64,000 bases of DNA. Origin: Octopus sinensis. Taxonomy: Eukaryota. Below the pieces are notes generated by a model, which had not been told where the DNA came from, did no database searches, and saw only the letters and a list, made by a program, of their open reading frames with translations. This document shows, in pieces, positions 1 through 11,979 of the stretch. The DNA is taken from assembly GCF_006345805.1 (NCBI RefSeq), contig NC_043001.1, positions 58,094,001 to 58,158,000 on the forward strand, written 5' to 3'. The first letter of the stretch is position 1; the number at the start of each line of letters is the position of its first letter. Made by a program: the position numbers and the translations under genes.

Positions 1-404
1 AATTCAAATTAAGAGACAAGGAAATAGTTAATATTTGTTTTTTGACTAGACAAGCGTGCCAGGGTAATAAACTAAACAATTGATATAAGACAATAAAACC
101 AAATAGTCATAAAACATATTGATTCAAATCTTGGCAAATGGGCTGCAAACTTTGTAGATTTGTGCATAACATCCACCCAAGTACAGAACTCGTGTTGATT
201 TGTAATATTGACCCGAAAGCAATAAGTGGCAAAGTTCACTTCAGAGTAATTTGAAGTAAGTTAATGGCGAAAGTGAGGAGATACCATAATGCTTTTTTCT
301 GTGATGATCACACTATTTTGCCGACCCACCGAACTACCAATTGAAGTGAAAGTAACAGAAGTAATAATATTTTTATTCTAATATTACCTCATGGCCTATA
401 ATAT

Positions 405-595
405 GGAGGAGAGTAAGCAAATTGATCTCGTCGACACCAGGAAGTGTCTGGTACTTACTTTATCCACATCAAATGAAGGGGAAATCGACTTTGACGGAAT
501 TTGATTCCAGAAATAAAGAGCCAGAAGAAAAGTCGATGACGATTTTGTCTGACTTGCTTAAGATTCAGCTAGCTTATTGACTCAATAATTTTCCT
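405..595 (+). mobile_element. Decayed octopus-type SINE fragment
   Basis: Diverged match (gactttgacggaatttgattccagaa) to the better preserved copies at 46300-46515 and 59120-59360 (gacctcggcggaatttgaactcagaa). Confidence 0.4.
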
Positions 596-799
596 ACTAT
601 AGACACAAGGCTAAAAAACTTTGTGAAGTGGAGACCTTGGTTATATTCAGAGCTCAACTCTTCCTATTATCGAGCCAGGAAAGATGGAAGTCAAAGTGTC
701 AGCATTTGAAATACATTAACGTAAAATCGGAAGTAATACCAAAAACTGAGAAATTTCTGTGAAACCATAAACAGAAGACTCAATAGATAAATGCTTGTG

Positions 800-1900
800 T
801 AGAAACCCACAAATTGTCAGAAGGACAAATCATCTGTCTTTCTACAGATATGGAGGAAGTATGATCTTCACAATCCTGCATTCTGACAAACATGACCAAG
901 CTCAGAATAGGCAGTATAAATGCACGTTGCATGGGGTCACCTTAAAACAGAGCCTCCACCCTTTCCTTTCTTTAGTTCAGAGCTTTTAATCCATTGTTGG
1001 CTTTTACCTAGATTCACTTCTGTGTCAAGCTTTGCAGGATATTTTCCATGAGGTGATTTTTTCCTCTATTTCTGTTTTAGTTTGTTTTGTACTTCTGTTT
1101 TCATGTTTCATTCACCATTTCTCCTGTGTTATTATCCGAGATTAGTGTTTCTGTGTAGTTTGTTTCTGTTTTCTATTGTGTTGTCTTACTATGCATAGAG
1201 AAAAGCGTTTTCTTTTCTTTTCTTTTTTTTTTTTTCACTTTTCAGGTTCCTTTATCAGATGTAGTAATTTTCAACTTTCTGTTTCAAAGTATTTTTCTAC
1301 TTCAACTTTTGTTGTTTTATCGTAGTTCTGAATCTGTGTCAGACAGCGACAGCCTTCTAAGCGGAGTAGATATATTATGTCCCTGTCTGCTTGTGGAGGT
1401 GAGTTCGGTATGCTCTTAATTGTTTCCTGGTTTTCTATGTAAGATTCTCAATTCACTACTCTTCCTCTTTATTATGTCGATGCTGTAATATATAACTGGT
1501 AGGGTTAACATTTTTAGTCTCATTATCTTATTTTTAGCATTCAGTTCAGTGTTTCTATTAACCTGACTTTTCTGTAGTGTTCTCTCCTTTTATATTTCAT
1601 ATCAGTGTGTTGTATTTTAGCTCTTTCATCTATTTCTAGATATTTGTATGACTGATTGTTGTCCAATACTCTGCCTATGTCGAGTGCTGTGTTTTCAGTG
1701 CTGATTTCTTTGCCTCATTTCAATGTTACATTTCTCCAACCTCGTGCTTATCCAATCTGTCTTTGCTGAAACTATTGACAATTGTTAGAAGGGTTTTCTG
1801 TTTCATGGTATCATCTTAAAAAAAAAGTCATCCATGTATTATTATTAGTTCAAGTTCCTAGGCCGTATTGTGCGTTTTGTACTTGAACAAAACATATCCA
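800..1900 (-). mobile_element. Highly decayed non-LTR retrotransposon RT region (RLE-type, R4/Dong-like)
   Basis: Minus-strand translation near 930-960 gives F*GDPMQRAFILPI, resembling the RT motif GIFQGDSLSPLLF. Many stops and frameshifts. Confidence 0.4.
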
Positions 1901-2469
1901 AAGTTGCTCTGTGATCACTTAGACACCTGACACGTGGTACACCGTGCACCTGTTCAGGTAACGTCAATTTGATGTAGTGAGTGAGCTAATGTACAGCACA
2001 TGCATTTGATCATTATAAACAAATACTTTTTGCAGGTCTTTCGGCAAAAAAATCTGAGCACTCATACGTTGTCTTCGACGGGAGAGTCCGTCATTATTTT
2101 AGTTTATTCTATTTTATTTAGCATGTATTTTATCATGAGATTTGGTGACAGCAAACCTCCTCAAATCTCAAGAATATTTTTTTAGGATTCATGTAGAATA
2201 TAGGATGGTACATTTTGCAGGTCGACGATGTGACTTTCAATTCTAAATTCTTTTAGGCAGCAATTTTTCTTTTTTGTATGCCAAGTACAAAGATTACCAG
2301 AGAATAATTATTGTCTAGCCCTTCCATAGTCACTTCAGTGTTCTAGCTAGATCATGATAATTTTCATCTTTTTTTTCAATTTCTCAATTCATAGGGAATT
2401 GTAAAATCGAGGATCTTACACTGATACATTATTTTGTCCTCACTGGTTATAGCCGGTCTTCTTACACCG

Positions 2470-2830
2470 TTAGTATTGTTGGTGTTCATGCCGAAATCCG
2501 CTCAAACTGGTAACTGTCCTTATCTCTCTCAGTCTTTGGTTTATGCTTACACCACCTTTCTGTTGTTTTGAAGCCACCCTCTCTGGCCTACATAACCAAA
2601 TCTGCGTCTATATGCCTTTTGTACTAATATAATGCACTCACTCAAAATGTGATTGATACTATCGTCTCCTTTCTTGCAAATTCCGTATTTGCTGTCTGAC
2701 AATATTTGCTTTTAACATGCTTGTTGGATGAGTTTATTCATGAGCGCATATAATTTGCGTATCCATGTCGCCTTTCAGGTACCTACCCATCACCTAAAGC
2801 CGGCGATCTTTACTTTCGTGGTTCTCGGTT
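2470..2830 (-). mobile_element. C-terminal zinc-knuckle / restriction-like endonuclease region of an RLE-type non-LTR retrotransposon (decayed)
   Basis: Minus-strand fragments TQIICAHE, SKYGICKKGDDSINHILSEC, LVQKAYRRR and RWCKHKP match the AAQEQ...CRxC...HILSxC...YxxRH...WYxHxP order of R4/Dong-type ORFs. Confidence 0.6.
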
Positions 2831-2937
2831 TCTAGCCTGAATTACCCTTGTACCTCCATTATCTTGCATCTGTTTGCTCTCTTGTTTTTTATTTTGTCCT
2901 TGAATTCTCCTGCTGTTTCGGTCACATTTGCATCTAG

Positions 2938-3150
2938 CTAGATGCAGAAATATCGTTCAACCAATTTCACATGATAACTATGGCACTCTTCTTGTTATAT
3001 CTCTATACCTTCTGCAGAAGTTACCTCAGTAGTATATAATCTTTAAAAAAAATGAAGTAGACTGACACGTAATTTTTCAACCTGTGGAAAGCACACTAGA
3101 TGCCAAAATATCGTTCAATTAATTTCACATGATAACTATGGCACTCTTCT
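2938..3150. repeat. 55-bp direct duplication (2938-2992 and 3096-3150)
   Basis: ctagatgc.aaatatcgttcaa..aatttcacatgataactatggcactcttct occurs twice, about 158 bp apart. Confidence 0.9.
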
Positions 3151-3162
3151 ATTTATTTCTCT

Positions 3163-3270
3163 ATTGTTATTATTATTATTATTAATATTATTATTATTAT
3201 TATTATTATTATTATCATTATTATTATTATTATTATCATTATTATATTATTATTATTATTATTATTATTA

Positions 3271-3306
<36 letters not shown>

Positions 3307-3317
3307 CATTATTATTA
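3163..3317. repeat. (ATT)n microsatellite
   Basis: Direct inspection. Confidence 0.95.
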
Positions 3318-3329
3318 TGGCTGCCAGCC

Positions 3330-5860
3330 GAAGATGTCACGATTGACTTCAGCTCCGAATTTTTTTTCCAAAATCATCAGTTTTCTTCGGAAAATTGCGG
3401 TGCTTTCTTCTCATTTTCAACCAGAGTGGAGAATAAGGGACCCTTCTGTCCTGCTGAGTTCTTTTTTTTTTGTTAAACGTCCCCTTGTCTCTTGAGGACT
3501 TATCAAATTTATTATTTTTTATTTCAATGTGAAAAAATTTAGAATTTTGCACAATGTCAGCAATAAATAGTTTCGAGGAAGACGGGGGAGACATTAGAGT
3601 GTCTTGCTACACAAATGAGAGAAGGTGGTACTTCTTCAACTGTTGGCGTGACTACTAGACAAGCAAGCAGGCAAAAAAGAAGACCGTCCCAATCACAAAC
3701 AACAAGAACAAAATCATTTGTAGCAGCCACAACAACAACAGCAACAGTAAAGATTTCATGGGAGGGACAAGAATGCAGTACACTTACGATATAAATTATT
3801 TCCACTGTTAGTAATTAGCTTGGCTACTTCGGTCAACGATATGAACATCAGCACAAACAATAGCGTCGCTTTGGCTCTGACTAACACCAAGAACGACAGG
3901 AACAAAACCAGAGGCAAAAACGATATAATCAATAACAGTAATGATAAGAACAACACCTTTGCAAGAGTAACAAAATTGCAGGAGCAAATCTCTTTGGAAG
4001 GACTGAAGCAGAAAAAAAAGAGTGATTAAGATAACGAAGGTTCCTATCCCTTCAGATTTGATGCAGAAGACGCTGAGAAGGACCATCGTACACAGATGTG
4101 TGTCGCTTAAGACGAGGAAAATTTTCAATGTGCCAAACATACGAGTAGATAAATACTTGAAGGGCATTTGGATCGAGATCTGTTTTCTCACAAGAGGGAG
4201 ACAATACACTTCTGTGGAAGGGAGGTGCCTCGTAGAGGCACTGGCCCCAGAACACCCAATGTTCCAGCGTTAACACAAGGATCTTCTCCACACATAACTT
4301 GGACGGTGGGAGGTGAAAGTAAAAACAACATTTGGTGGTTAATTGCGTGCGTTGTGGTAGAAGGCTCGGATTCACTTCTAGAAATTAAAAAGATATGGTC
4401 AGGAGTCGGATTGGAGATTTTGATCCAGGTAAAACCGGAATCCTTGGACAAAGTTGCCGACCTCATCGAGCTGCCCAGCGGAGCACAATTCCAAGTGGTG
4501 GTGGAAGGTAGAAAGCCATATTGTTACACTTGTGGGTTTACCACCAATTTGAAGGTCTATTGCCCACAACTACAACAAAGTGAAGCTTGAGAAACGGTGG
4601 CACTACTACTAACACCGCCAGAAGAAGGCCAAAAACTGCAACAACAATCAATGCAGCAACAACCACTAAATTAACGTCTACAACAGCAAAATCCCACCAC
4701 CACGATGACACCAACAATTGTAGCGGTGGAAACAAGCAACGCCCGAAAAATGCCTTTCAGAAGCGATATATTGCGACGAAGAAGAATTGAGACCCCAAGA
4801 AGGACTTGTGTTGGAGAAAAGCGGGAGAATAGTTCAGAAAAAAGGCCATCCTTAGCTGAAAGCGAAAAAAACAGGATGAGGAAAATTCACCTAGTCCATC
4901 AGCTACACTAACAACACCGACACACTCACCTAAATAATAACAACAAAAACAATACACACTCATTCAACCACAACCACAAAAAGCACCAAAACAGTAACAA
5001 ATATACGAAGAGAAACAACAATCACAAGAACAACTCGTACAACTTACTAGGGAACCCGAACGCCTCATAAACTACACAGTTGTTCGCAAGGGCAAGAGCG
5101 AGCTGATGCTGGAAGTAGGGAAAACAGAAATATTCATACAGAATGAGTATGGTTCGACTAGGTTTTGTCGAACACTCCCCATGACAGACAGCTGATAAAA
5201 ACTGATACAAACACTTAGCCAAAACTTTAAAAAATATCCAAAAGACATTAGGCTAAAGCTGGATAAGAGGACTTTAGGAAGGCCCTTCGTTAATGATAAG
5301 GCGTAAGACGGGGCAGCTGAATCAGCGGTCCTCTCAAAATTCAAGATCAGTGATCTTCCATTTTGCTTCTCCGATAAACATGATCGTTTTCAGAGAGGGT
5401 GTGTGAATGTTCGTAACCTAGAATCGGATTGGAAGAAAAGTCACTTACTAAAGGGCCTCAGGTCGCTCGATTTGACTGTGGCTGCAATTAGGGAGACAAA
5501 GGTTTCTAATGCGAAAGTATTGGCAACCATTTTCGATGACTATGAGATTTTCTCATCATGTGGTCTGTCGGAGTAAAAGCAATCTTCTTGGATCCGGGTG
5601 AGAGATTGATGGTCCTAGATGTGAATAATAGGGAGCTGGTGCCCTTAGACTGGTAATCGTCTATTCTCCAACAGAAGCTGGAAAACCTGGATTCTGCAGG
5701 CGTCTAGAAACACTCCTGGGAACGTCTTTCAGTTTATTGGAATGGGATTTTGGACGCACGGAAGGACTTTGTGGGGATATTAAACAGAAGGGGATGAAAA
5801 AGACTCGTAAACCTACTCAGTGGCTTGCAATTGTCTAATGGGCATTAATGGATTTTACAC
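3330..5860 (+). mobile_element. Tx1/L1-clade LINE, 5' half (ORF1 with zinc knuckle plus start of ORF2 APE endonuclease), degenerate
   Basis: Frameshifted ORF1 at 4022-4590 ends in VVVEGRKPYCYTCGFTTNLKVYCP (CCHC knuckle, His replaced). From about 5395: GCVNVRNL...VAAIRETK and LRLVIVYSP...LLEWDF, matching APE motifs NVRGL, QET, VYAP and GDFN. No RT follows. Confidence 0.75.
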
Positions 5861-5877
5861 TTCTATATTTAAGACAT

Positions 5878-6045
5878 GAGGAATTATGTACATTATTTAC
5901 ATTATTTACATTTGCTGGATATTTGTCGTCATCTTGTTTGTTGTTGACAACGTTTCCGCTGGTATACTCTCCAGCCTTTTCAGTGTCTTGGGGAAATTTC
6001 GAAACTGAGATCTGATTCTTAAGGTATTTTTCGATGTTGTTGTTG

Positions 6046-6080
<35 letters not shown>

Positions 6081-6117
6081 GTTGTTGTTGTTGTTGCTGT
6101 TGTTGTTGTTGTTATTA

Positions 6118-6173
<56 letters not shown>

Positions 6174-6550
6174 TCATTGACTAGAATCGAACTAAGAATC
6201 TTAGGGTTAGCAGCACGCGCTCTTAACTACAACGTCATATGCCCACGGGCATATGGCGTACTGGTTAAGAGCGTGGGCTACTACTACTACAGCTGCTACT
6301 ACTAATAATAATACTACTACAAATACTACTACTAGTACTACTACTATTACTACTACTACTACTAACAATAATAATAATAATAATAACAACAACAACAAAA
6401 TATCGAAAAATACCTTAGGAATGAGAACCTGGGTTTGATACTTCCCCAAGACACCTGATGAAGGCTGGAGGGTATATCAGCGGAAACGTTAAGTTAACAA
6501 CAAGCAAAATGAGGACAAATGTCTGTCAATTGTAAATAACGAAATAATGT
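5878..6550. mobile_element. Foldback (palindromic) non-autonomous element: two head-to-head arms of tRNA-like head + trinucleotide tract + Penelope-type hammerhead tail
   Basis: Arms are reverse complements about a centre atatgccc-ac-gggcatat (6237-6254). A-box-like tggcgtactggttaagagcg. B-box-like gttcgattc on the minus arm. CTGATGA-aggctg..cagc-GAAAC at 6455-6487. Confidence 0.85.
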
Positions 6551-7079
6551 TTTGCATAGTAGTCTAACATGCATTCAATCTGGATAAATTAATGGAATGG
6601 TCACGAATCTAATGCTTTTTATTCTAGATCTAATCAATAAAAGCTGGTTTGACATTAAACGAACAACACCTGCTCTCATAATCAAATTAGTCATATGATT
6701 GTTGATATCCAGTATGAATCAATATTAGACGTGTAAGGAAAATATATAAGGCAGAATATCCTCTATGAGTGAATTATTAATGTGGAGATTTATTTAGTCT
6801 TTCTGCACAGCATCTTAGAGATGTTGACAACAAACATTATTAAGTATTATAAACTCCAGTTACATTATATACACAAAGTATCGAAATACGATCATCTGAA
6901 ATGCCAGCTATATACTCAAATTTCAGTAAAGTATTCGAAAATGATATTCTATTGATTAAGTAGACTATGGTGAATATTACATATAAACTACTGATAGATC
7001 AGGAAATACAGTCTAGTAATTCAACCATTCACCAAATATATCCTACACGTTGTAGTATTCTAGACATAACTGCATATAT

Positions 7080-7950
7080 ACTGATTATTAACCAATGAAT
7101 GTTTAGTGCATTATAAATGCACAGGATATGATGGGATTTCCATTAAAAAATAATCTCCGTTACTTGATCGTTATGAAATTCCGCTGTTTATATTTGTGTT
7201 TCAATAGATTTCATTGCAAGATTAATAAGGTAGTATCATTCAGTGGCGTCATATTTTCTTATTATGAAAATGTAAATTATGAATAAAGAATTATTTACGG
7301 CATGAATCATATTTATAGCATTTATTTTTATGGTTTCCAGGACAAAATTAAATGAGAAAATTTATGAACAGTGTTCTCCTATGCTTGATCAACCAATTTC
7401 TTGCGCATTCAGTATATTTTTATAGCATTTGTCTTTTCTATTTGAAGTTGGGAGTAAAACTAAACTCGACCTTCAATTTTTTTCAACTCTTTCCATGCTA
7501 TTCATTCATACTTTTTCTAGCTTGCACTTAATGAAACACAATTTCCCTTTTCATCCTCAAAGGTTTAAAGCCGAAGAATTTTTGCTCCTATCGAAAGATA
7601 AATTTCTCAAGCTCTTGCAAGAAATCTTGCTTCATCACATATACACATCTATACTTTTCTGTTACACGATTGCGGGGAGTTTCATGTTATCCAATCTCTT
7701 CTTACAACCCAACAATTATTACCAATACTAAAATATTTCAGATTACCATTGATATAGATAGACTCTATGTATAAGAAAACAATGTGTCACGTGTTTAACA
7801 TCACTTCGAACAAACACTGAATATCGATACTGCTTGCTGAGAAACAAAGTTGAGCTATAAGACAGACAGCATGCGTTATAATGCAGATAAGAATCAATGA
7901 CAGTCTGGTTAACTCGGAAATAAAGAATACTTTTCAATGAATGCCTTAGT
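7080..7950 (+). pseudogene. Decayed LRR-like coding remnant
   Basis: Manual translation: NNLRYLIV, FRCLYLCFNRFHCKINKVVSFSG, ORF 7429-7731 (HTFSSLHLMKHNF; MLSNLFLQPNNY), LPILKYFRLP and CLTSLRT resemble LxxLxLxxNxL units. Stops and frameshifts present. Confidence 0.35.
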
Positions 7951-8159
7951 AAGCACTCGTTGTCTTTGTTCGATACTAACATGCACATACACACACACTG
8001 CTACACACACAACCACGCACACACATACACACGCAAACAAATATACACACACATATATGTATATTTATATAACTTAGATAACTTAGATATGTTTCGACCA
8101 AAGATTGGTTCAGGCCATGTCTAACTTAATAGCACCACCTGATAGGATTATTCGAATCC

Positions 8160-11100
8160 TGTTTAAGTCACGTTTTGTTTAAGTCAAGTTTTGTTCAAGT
8201 ACTGAGTTCTTGTTGGGTGAGTTGTATCAAGTTTTGTTCAAGTATTGAGTTCTTGTTGGGTGAGTTGTATCCAATTATGGGTGGCTTATCTGGTATTCTT
8301 TGAAAGAATCTATCCAGACTCCGTTTAAAGTTGATGGGATCCTTTTCCTCTTTGATCTCCCTCGGGACAATGTTAAATAGGGCAGGGCCTGTTGAGGAAA
8401 AGAAATTATGTTGCAGTGTACATGTATGTTGTGATCTTGAATTGGGCAGGGGACGTATGGCCCGTGGTCCCAGTCTTGGATGAACCTTGAAGCTAATGTT
8501 AAGGTCGTTTGAGCAAAGTTGGCGGTATATTCTCCACATCGTACAAATGATGTACCGCTCACGGCGACGCTAGAGGGAGTAAAGTTTCAAGGCTTTAAAG
8601 GCGATCCCAATAATCGAGAGCAGCCATGCCTTCAATTCGTTTAGTGAGTGCCCTCTGGGGTGACTCAATCCTGGAGATGTTTTGTCTTGTATGGGGAGAC
8701 CACAGTGGGCAGCAGTATTCAAGGTGTGGTCGTACAAAGGAGGAGAAAAGTGGTATGATGACACCTTGTTCTCTGGACCGGAAAGTTCTTAAGATCCAGG
8801 AACTCATCCTACCAGCTATATCGACCTTCTTGTTGATGTGTGCACTCCAACTGAGATCGTCATCAACAATTACACCCAGAGGCTGTGAGCGGGTCCCCTG
8901 AAGGAAGAGAGTATGGTTGTTTTAGTGAGGAATTTCTTCCAAAATGCATCAGCTCAAATTTTCCTTCATTCAGTTGCATTTTATTTCTGTCTGCCCATTG
9001 ACTCATAGCATATAGATCAGACTGGAGTTGATTTCGGTCTGCTTCTTCATTGACGATTTGCTGGAGCAAATATTTTCACTTTGCAGTAATGTACGACACT
9101 GGAAAGGTCGTTTATGTAAATTATGAAGAGTAGCGTACCCAAAACAGTCCCCTGGGGAACACCGCTGGTGACTTTTGCTGGGCTTGAGTGGACTCCATCA
9201 ACTACAACATGTTGTGTTCTATTCGCCAGGAAATGCTTAATCCAGTGCAGAACTTTTCCACGGATTCCAACATTTGCCAATTTTGAGAGTAGGATATTAT
9301 GGTCTACCCTGTCGAACGCTTTATTGAAGTCAAGATATATGACGTCAGAGTTCGAACCTGTTCCCAAGGCTTTGAGTACATCTTCAATGTGGTGTAAGAG
9401 CTGTGTTAGACAGTCCCTACCATAGCGAAAGCCATGCTGGTTTGCATTTAGGAGTTTGTGGGTCTCCAGGAAGTCAGCTATGCTTGATCTTAACACTCTT
9501 TCAAACACTTTAATGATGTGGGAGGTGAGTGAGATTGGACGATAGTTGACTGCGAGGGATCTGTTTGCCTGTTTGAAAACCGGGATGATCGACTGGGATA
9601 GAAACTGTTTCGGTATATAACCTGCGTCTAACGAATTTCTCCAGAGGTTGGTCAGAGGGACTGCAAGTTGGTGTCTACCTTCCTTCAGGAGACTAGCGGG
9701 GAATCTATCAGGCCCTACAGCAGAGTAGTATTTGACCTCATTTATTGCTGCTACGATGTCAGTAGCAGTGAAGGTTATGTCTGAGATTTTACGTTGGGAG
9801 TCAACTTCGTTCGTTTCTCTTACGTCAATATCAGAGGGAACACTAAAGACAGAGCAGTATTGTTTCTGCAGTATTTCTGCAGTATTTCTGCCATTTCTTT
9901 AGCATCGTGTTGGCGAATGCCGTTATCATCAATCAATGTCCCAATGGGTGAGACAGTGGTTCTATGCTTATTTGCATAAGAACAGAACACTTTTGGGTTC
10001 TGTTTGACGTTTTTGCTTACCCTCTGTTCCTCCACAGCTCTTTGATTTTCAATGGAGGTTTTCATGTTGGTCTGCAGTTGAAGTTTTTCCAGCTCTAGTC
10101 TTTTCATTGTTGTTAAATGTGGATGTTGTGTGTGGGAATATTTTAATTGGTTGATTTTTTTGTTGAGCCTTTTGATGCGCCTGATGAGTGTTTTTTTTTT
10201 CTTTTTAGGGAGCCGGTTTCTGTTTGTGTTAGTAGATTTCGTGGGAGCGTGTGTAGAGCATGTATAGGTGACAATGTTTTCAAAGTGCTGCCACGCGGTC
10301 TCAATATGAGAGGAACTGAGAGTAAAAGACCAGTCGATGGAAGACAGATCCTTTCTGATTGCTCCCCAGTCCGCTTTGTGGAAGTTTATGTTGTCAAATG
10401 GGTACCATGGAGTGGGATTGACTGGTTTGGTTTTTATATGTCGGGAATTAAAATTGCAGGGTACCATGTCGTGGTCTGAGAGGAGAGTTTTTTCGACAGA
10501 AATACTGTGAACGTAGCTAGAGTGATTGGTCAATACCAGATCCAAGATCGTTTTATTCTGCCTCGTTGGTTCGAGCACTAGCTGAGTCAGGAAGTACTCA
10601 TCCATCAGATTAAAGAGCAGTTCTGCTGCTGCTCTATCTGATGTGGAGCACTTGCCTAACTTCAGAGTATTTGTGGGCCAGTTCACATAGGGGAGGTTAA
10701 AATCACCCATCACCAGTATGTTTCCGGAGTGGTACTTCCAAAGGAAGGACTTGACTTTGCTAAGGCACTCTTCAAAGCACTTTAGAGGTGCCTGGGGAGG
10801 CCTGTAAAGACCAACAATGACTATGTCCTTGGCTTTGCTGAATAGTGATACCGATTCACAGTAGCCATTGGAAAATATGTCCTTGGCATCAAGTGAAAAG
10901 GAGTCATGGATAAAGATGGCTGTTCCTCCCTTATTTCGGTCTGTGCGATCCGCACGAACAATGGTGAAATATTTTATTTTCACATCTGCGTCCATATGGG
11001 TGTTGTTCAGGTGAGTCTCGGTAAGGATAAAGAAAGGGAAGAAATGTGCCATTTTGGCAAGCCAACTCTCTATATATGGGATCTTCCATTTTTGGCAATA

Positions 11101-11870
11101 ATTGATGGGTTGATGCCACGTACATTTAACAGGAATGCCAAGGTAAGGGAAGTTGGTAATGGGTGAGTGGTCCTTGTGATTTGCATAGGTGGTTGGTGAT
11201 AGCTCGCTGCATCTCCTGGTTTCGGTCGGCCTTCATATTTTCTAGGTATGTCAGTAAAAAAGAGTTACTTGTTTGGTTTGCCACTTGGTCAGAGGATACA
11301 TATTTCATGTTGGTGTTACTTCGTGCTTTTTCATGGTTCTGTCTACGTTGTTTGATTGTAGGAGGGGAAACGTGGTTGTATTTTGTTCTTGCTGTTGTCC
11401 CAGATTTCCTCTGATCCTGTTTATATTTATTCTGTGATCGTTTTGTGCCCTTCGGATGGTGGTGGTTGCATTCTGGGTTCAGGCACATTCTTTGTGACCC
11501 AGAAGTTTGGCACAGTTTAGGATGGAATAAGGTGCATCCATTGCCTTTTGTGCATCCGTATTTAGGATCAGAACCATGGATTCTGTATTTAGGACAGTAT
11601 TTGGGGTAGAGGTGGGGACAGTTTTTTCCTGTTATACCATACGGACAGGTGCCCTTAACAAGTCTACGACATAAGGTAGGATGGGAAAAAGCACAGCGTC
11701 CATTGTTGTTCGTGCCGCTGGGGCCAAATCTACAGTTGCCTTTAGAATAGTAACGGCAGGAGGTTTTATGTGGTTGTAGTAGTGGTTTTTCTATTCTGGC
11801 TGTAGTAGCAGTAGTGTCAGAAGCAGGTTGTTGATTTTGTGATAGTGGGTTCTGATATAAAATATCTAGA
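8160..11870 (-). mobile_element. Near full-length CR1/L2-group LINE (ORF1 + APE-RT ORF2), inactivated
   Basis: APE: LTETH, GLYRPP, GDFNLPYVNW, ILDLVLT, SDH (9820-11052). RT: YRPISLTSHIIKVFERV, YLDFNKAFDRVDH, SGVPQGTVLGTLLFIIYINDL. C-terminal VRPHLEYCCPLWSP and LKLYSL*RRRERY. A small deletion near 9060 removes the catalytic DD of FADD. Tandemly duplicated 3' end at about 8190-8270. Confidence 0.92.
11126..11860 (-). CDS. LINE ORF1 with four tandem CCCH-type zinc fingers (start codon missing)
   Basis: Open frame upstream of the tracked ORF 11126-11488: CRYYSKGNCRFGPSGTNNNGRCAFSH, CRRLVKGTCPYGITGKNCPHLY, CPKYRIHGSDPKYGCTKGNGCTLFH, CQTSGSQRMCLNPECNHHH. Confidence 0.75.
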   Translation of the reverse strand, partial: LYQNPLSQNQQPASDTTATTARIEKPLLQPHKTSCRYYSKGNCRFGPSGTNNNGRCAFSHPTLCRRLVKGTCPYGITGKNCPHLYPKYCPKYRIHGSDPKYGCTKGNGCTLFHPKLCQTSGSQRMCLNPECNHHHPKGTKRSQNKYKQDQRKSGTTARTKYNHVSPPTIKQRRQNHEKARSNTNMKYVSSDQVANQTSNSFLLTYLENMKADRNQEMQRAITNHLCKSQGPLTHYQLPLPWHSC

Positions 11871-11874
11871 ATAT

Positions 11875-11890
11875 ATATTGCTTCTGCAAT

Positions 11891-11923
<33 letters not shown>

Positions 11924-11978
11924 CTATCACAGCCCCTGAGCAAGAAAGACACAAATGTGTGAAGCATTCCGTATTTTT
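11875..11978 (+). pseudogene. U6: U6 snRNA pseudogene (near full length)
   Basis: gcttctgcaatacatatactaaaattggaacgatacagagaagactatcacagcccctgagcaag...gtgaagcattccgtattttt aligns end to end with U6. ACAGAGA box intact (11914-11920); catalytic AGC triad mutated to ATC. Confidence 0.93.
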
Positions 11979-11979
11979 C

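Noticed and set aside
6900-7000. FENDILLIK resembling the trypsin-family DIxLxKL motif
   Set aside because: It is followed immediately by a stop, with no His or Ser catalytic motifs nearby.
11875-11978. Functional U6 gene
   Set aside because: The catalytic AGC triad and ISL/3' region are mutated, and the upstream sequence is LINE coding sequence with no recognisable PSE.
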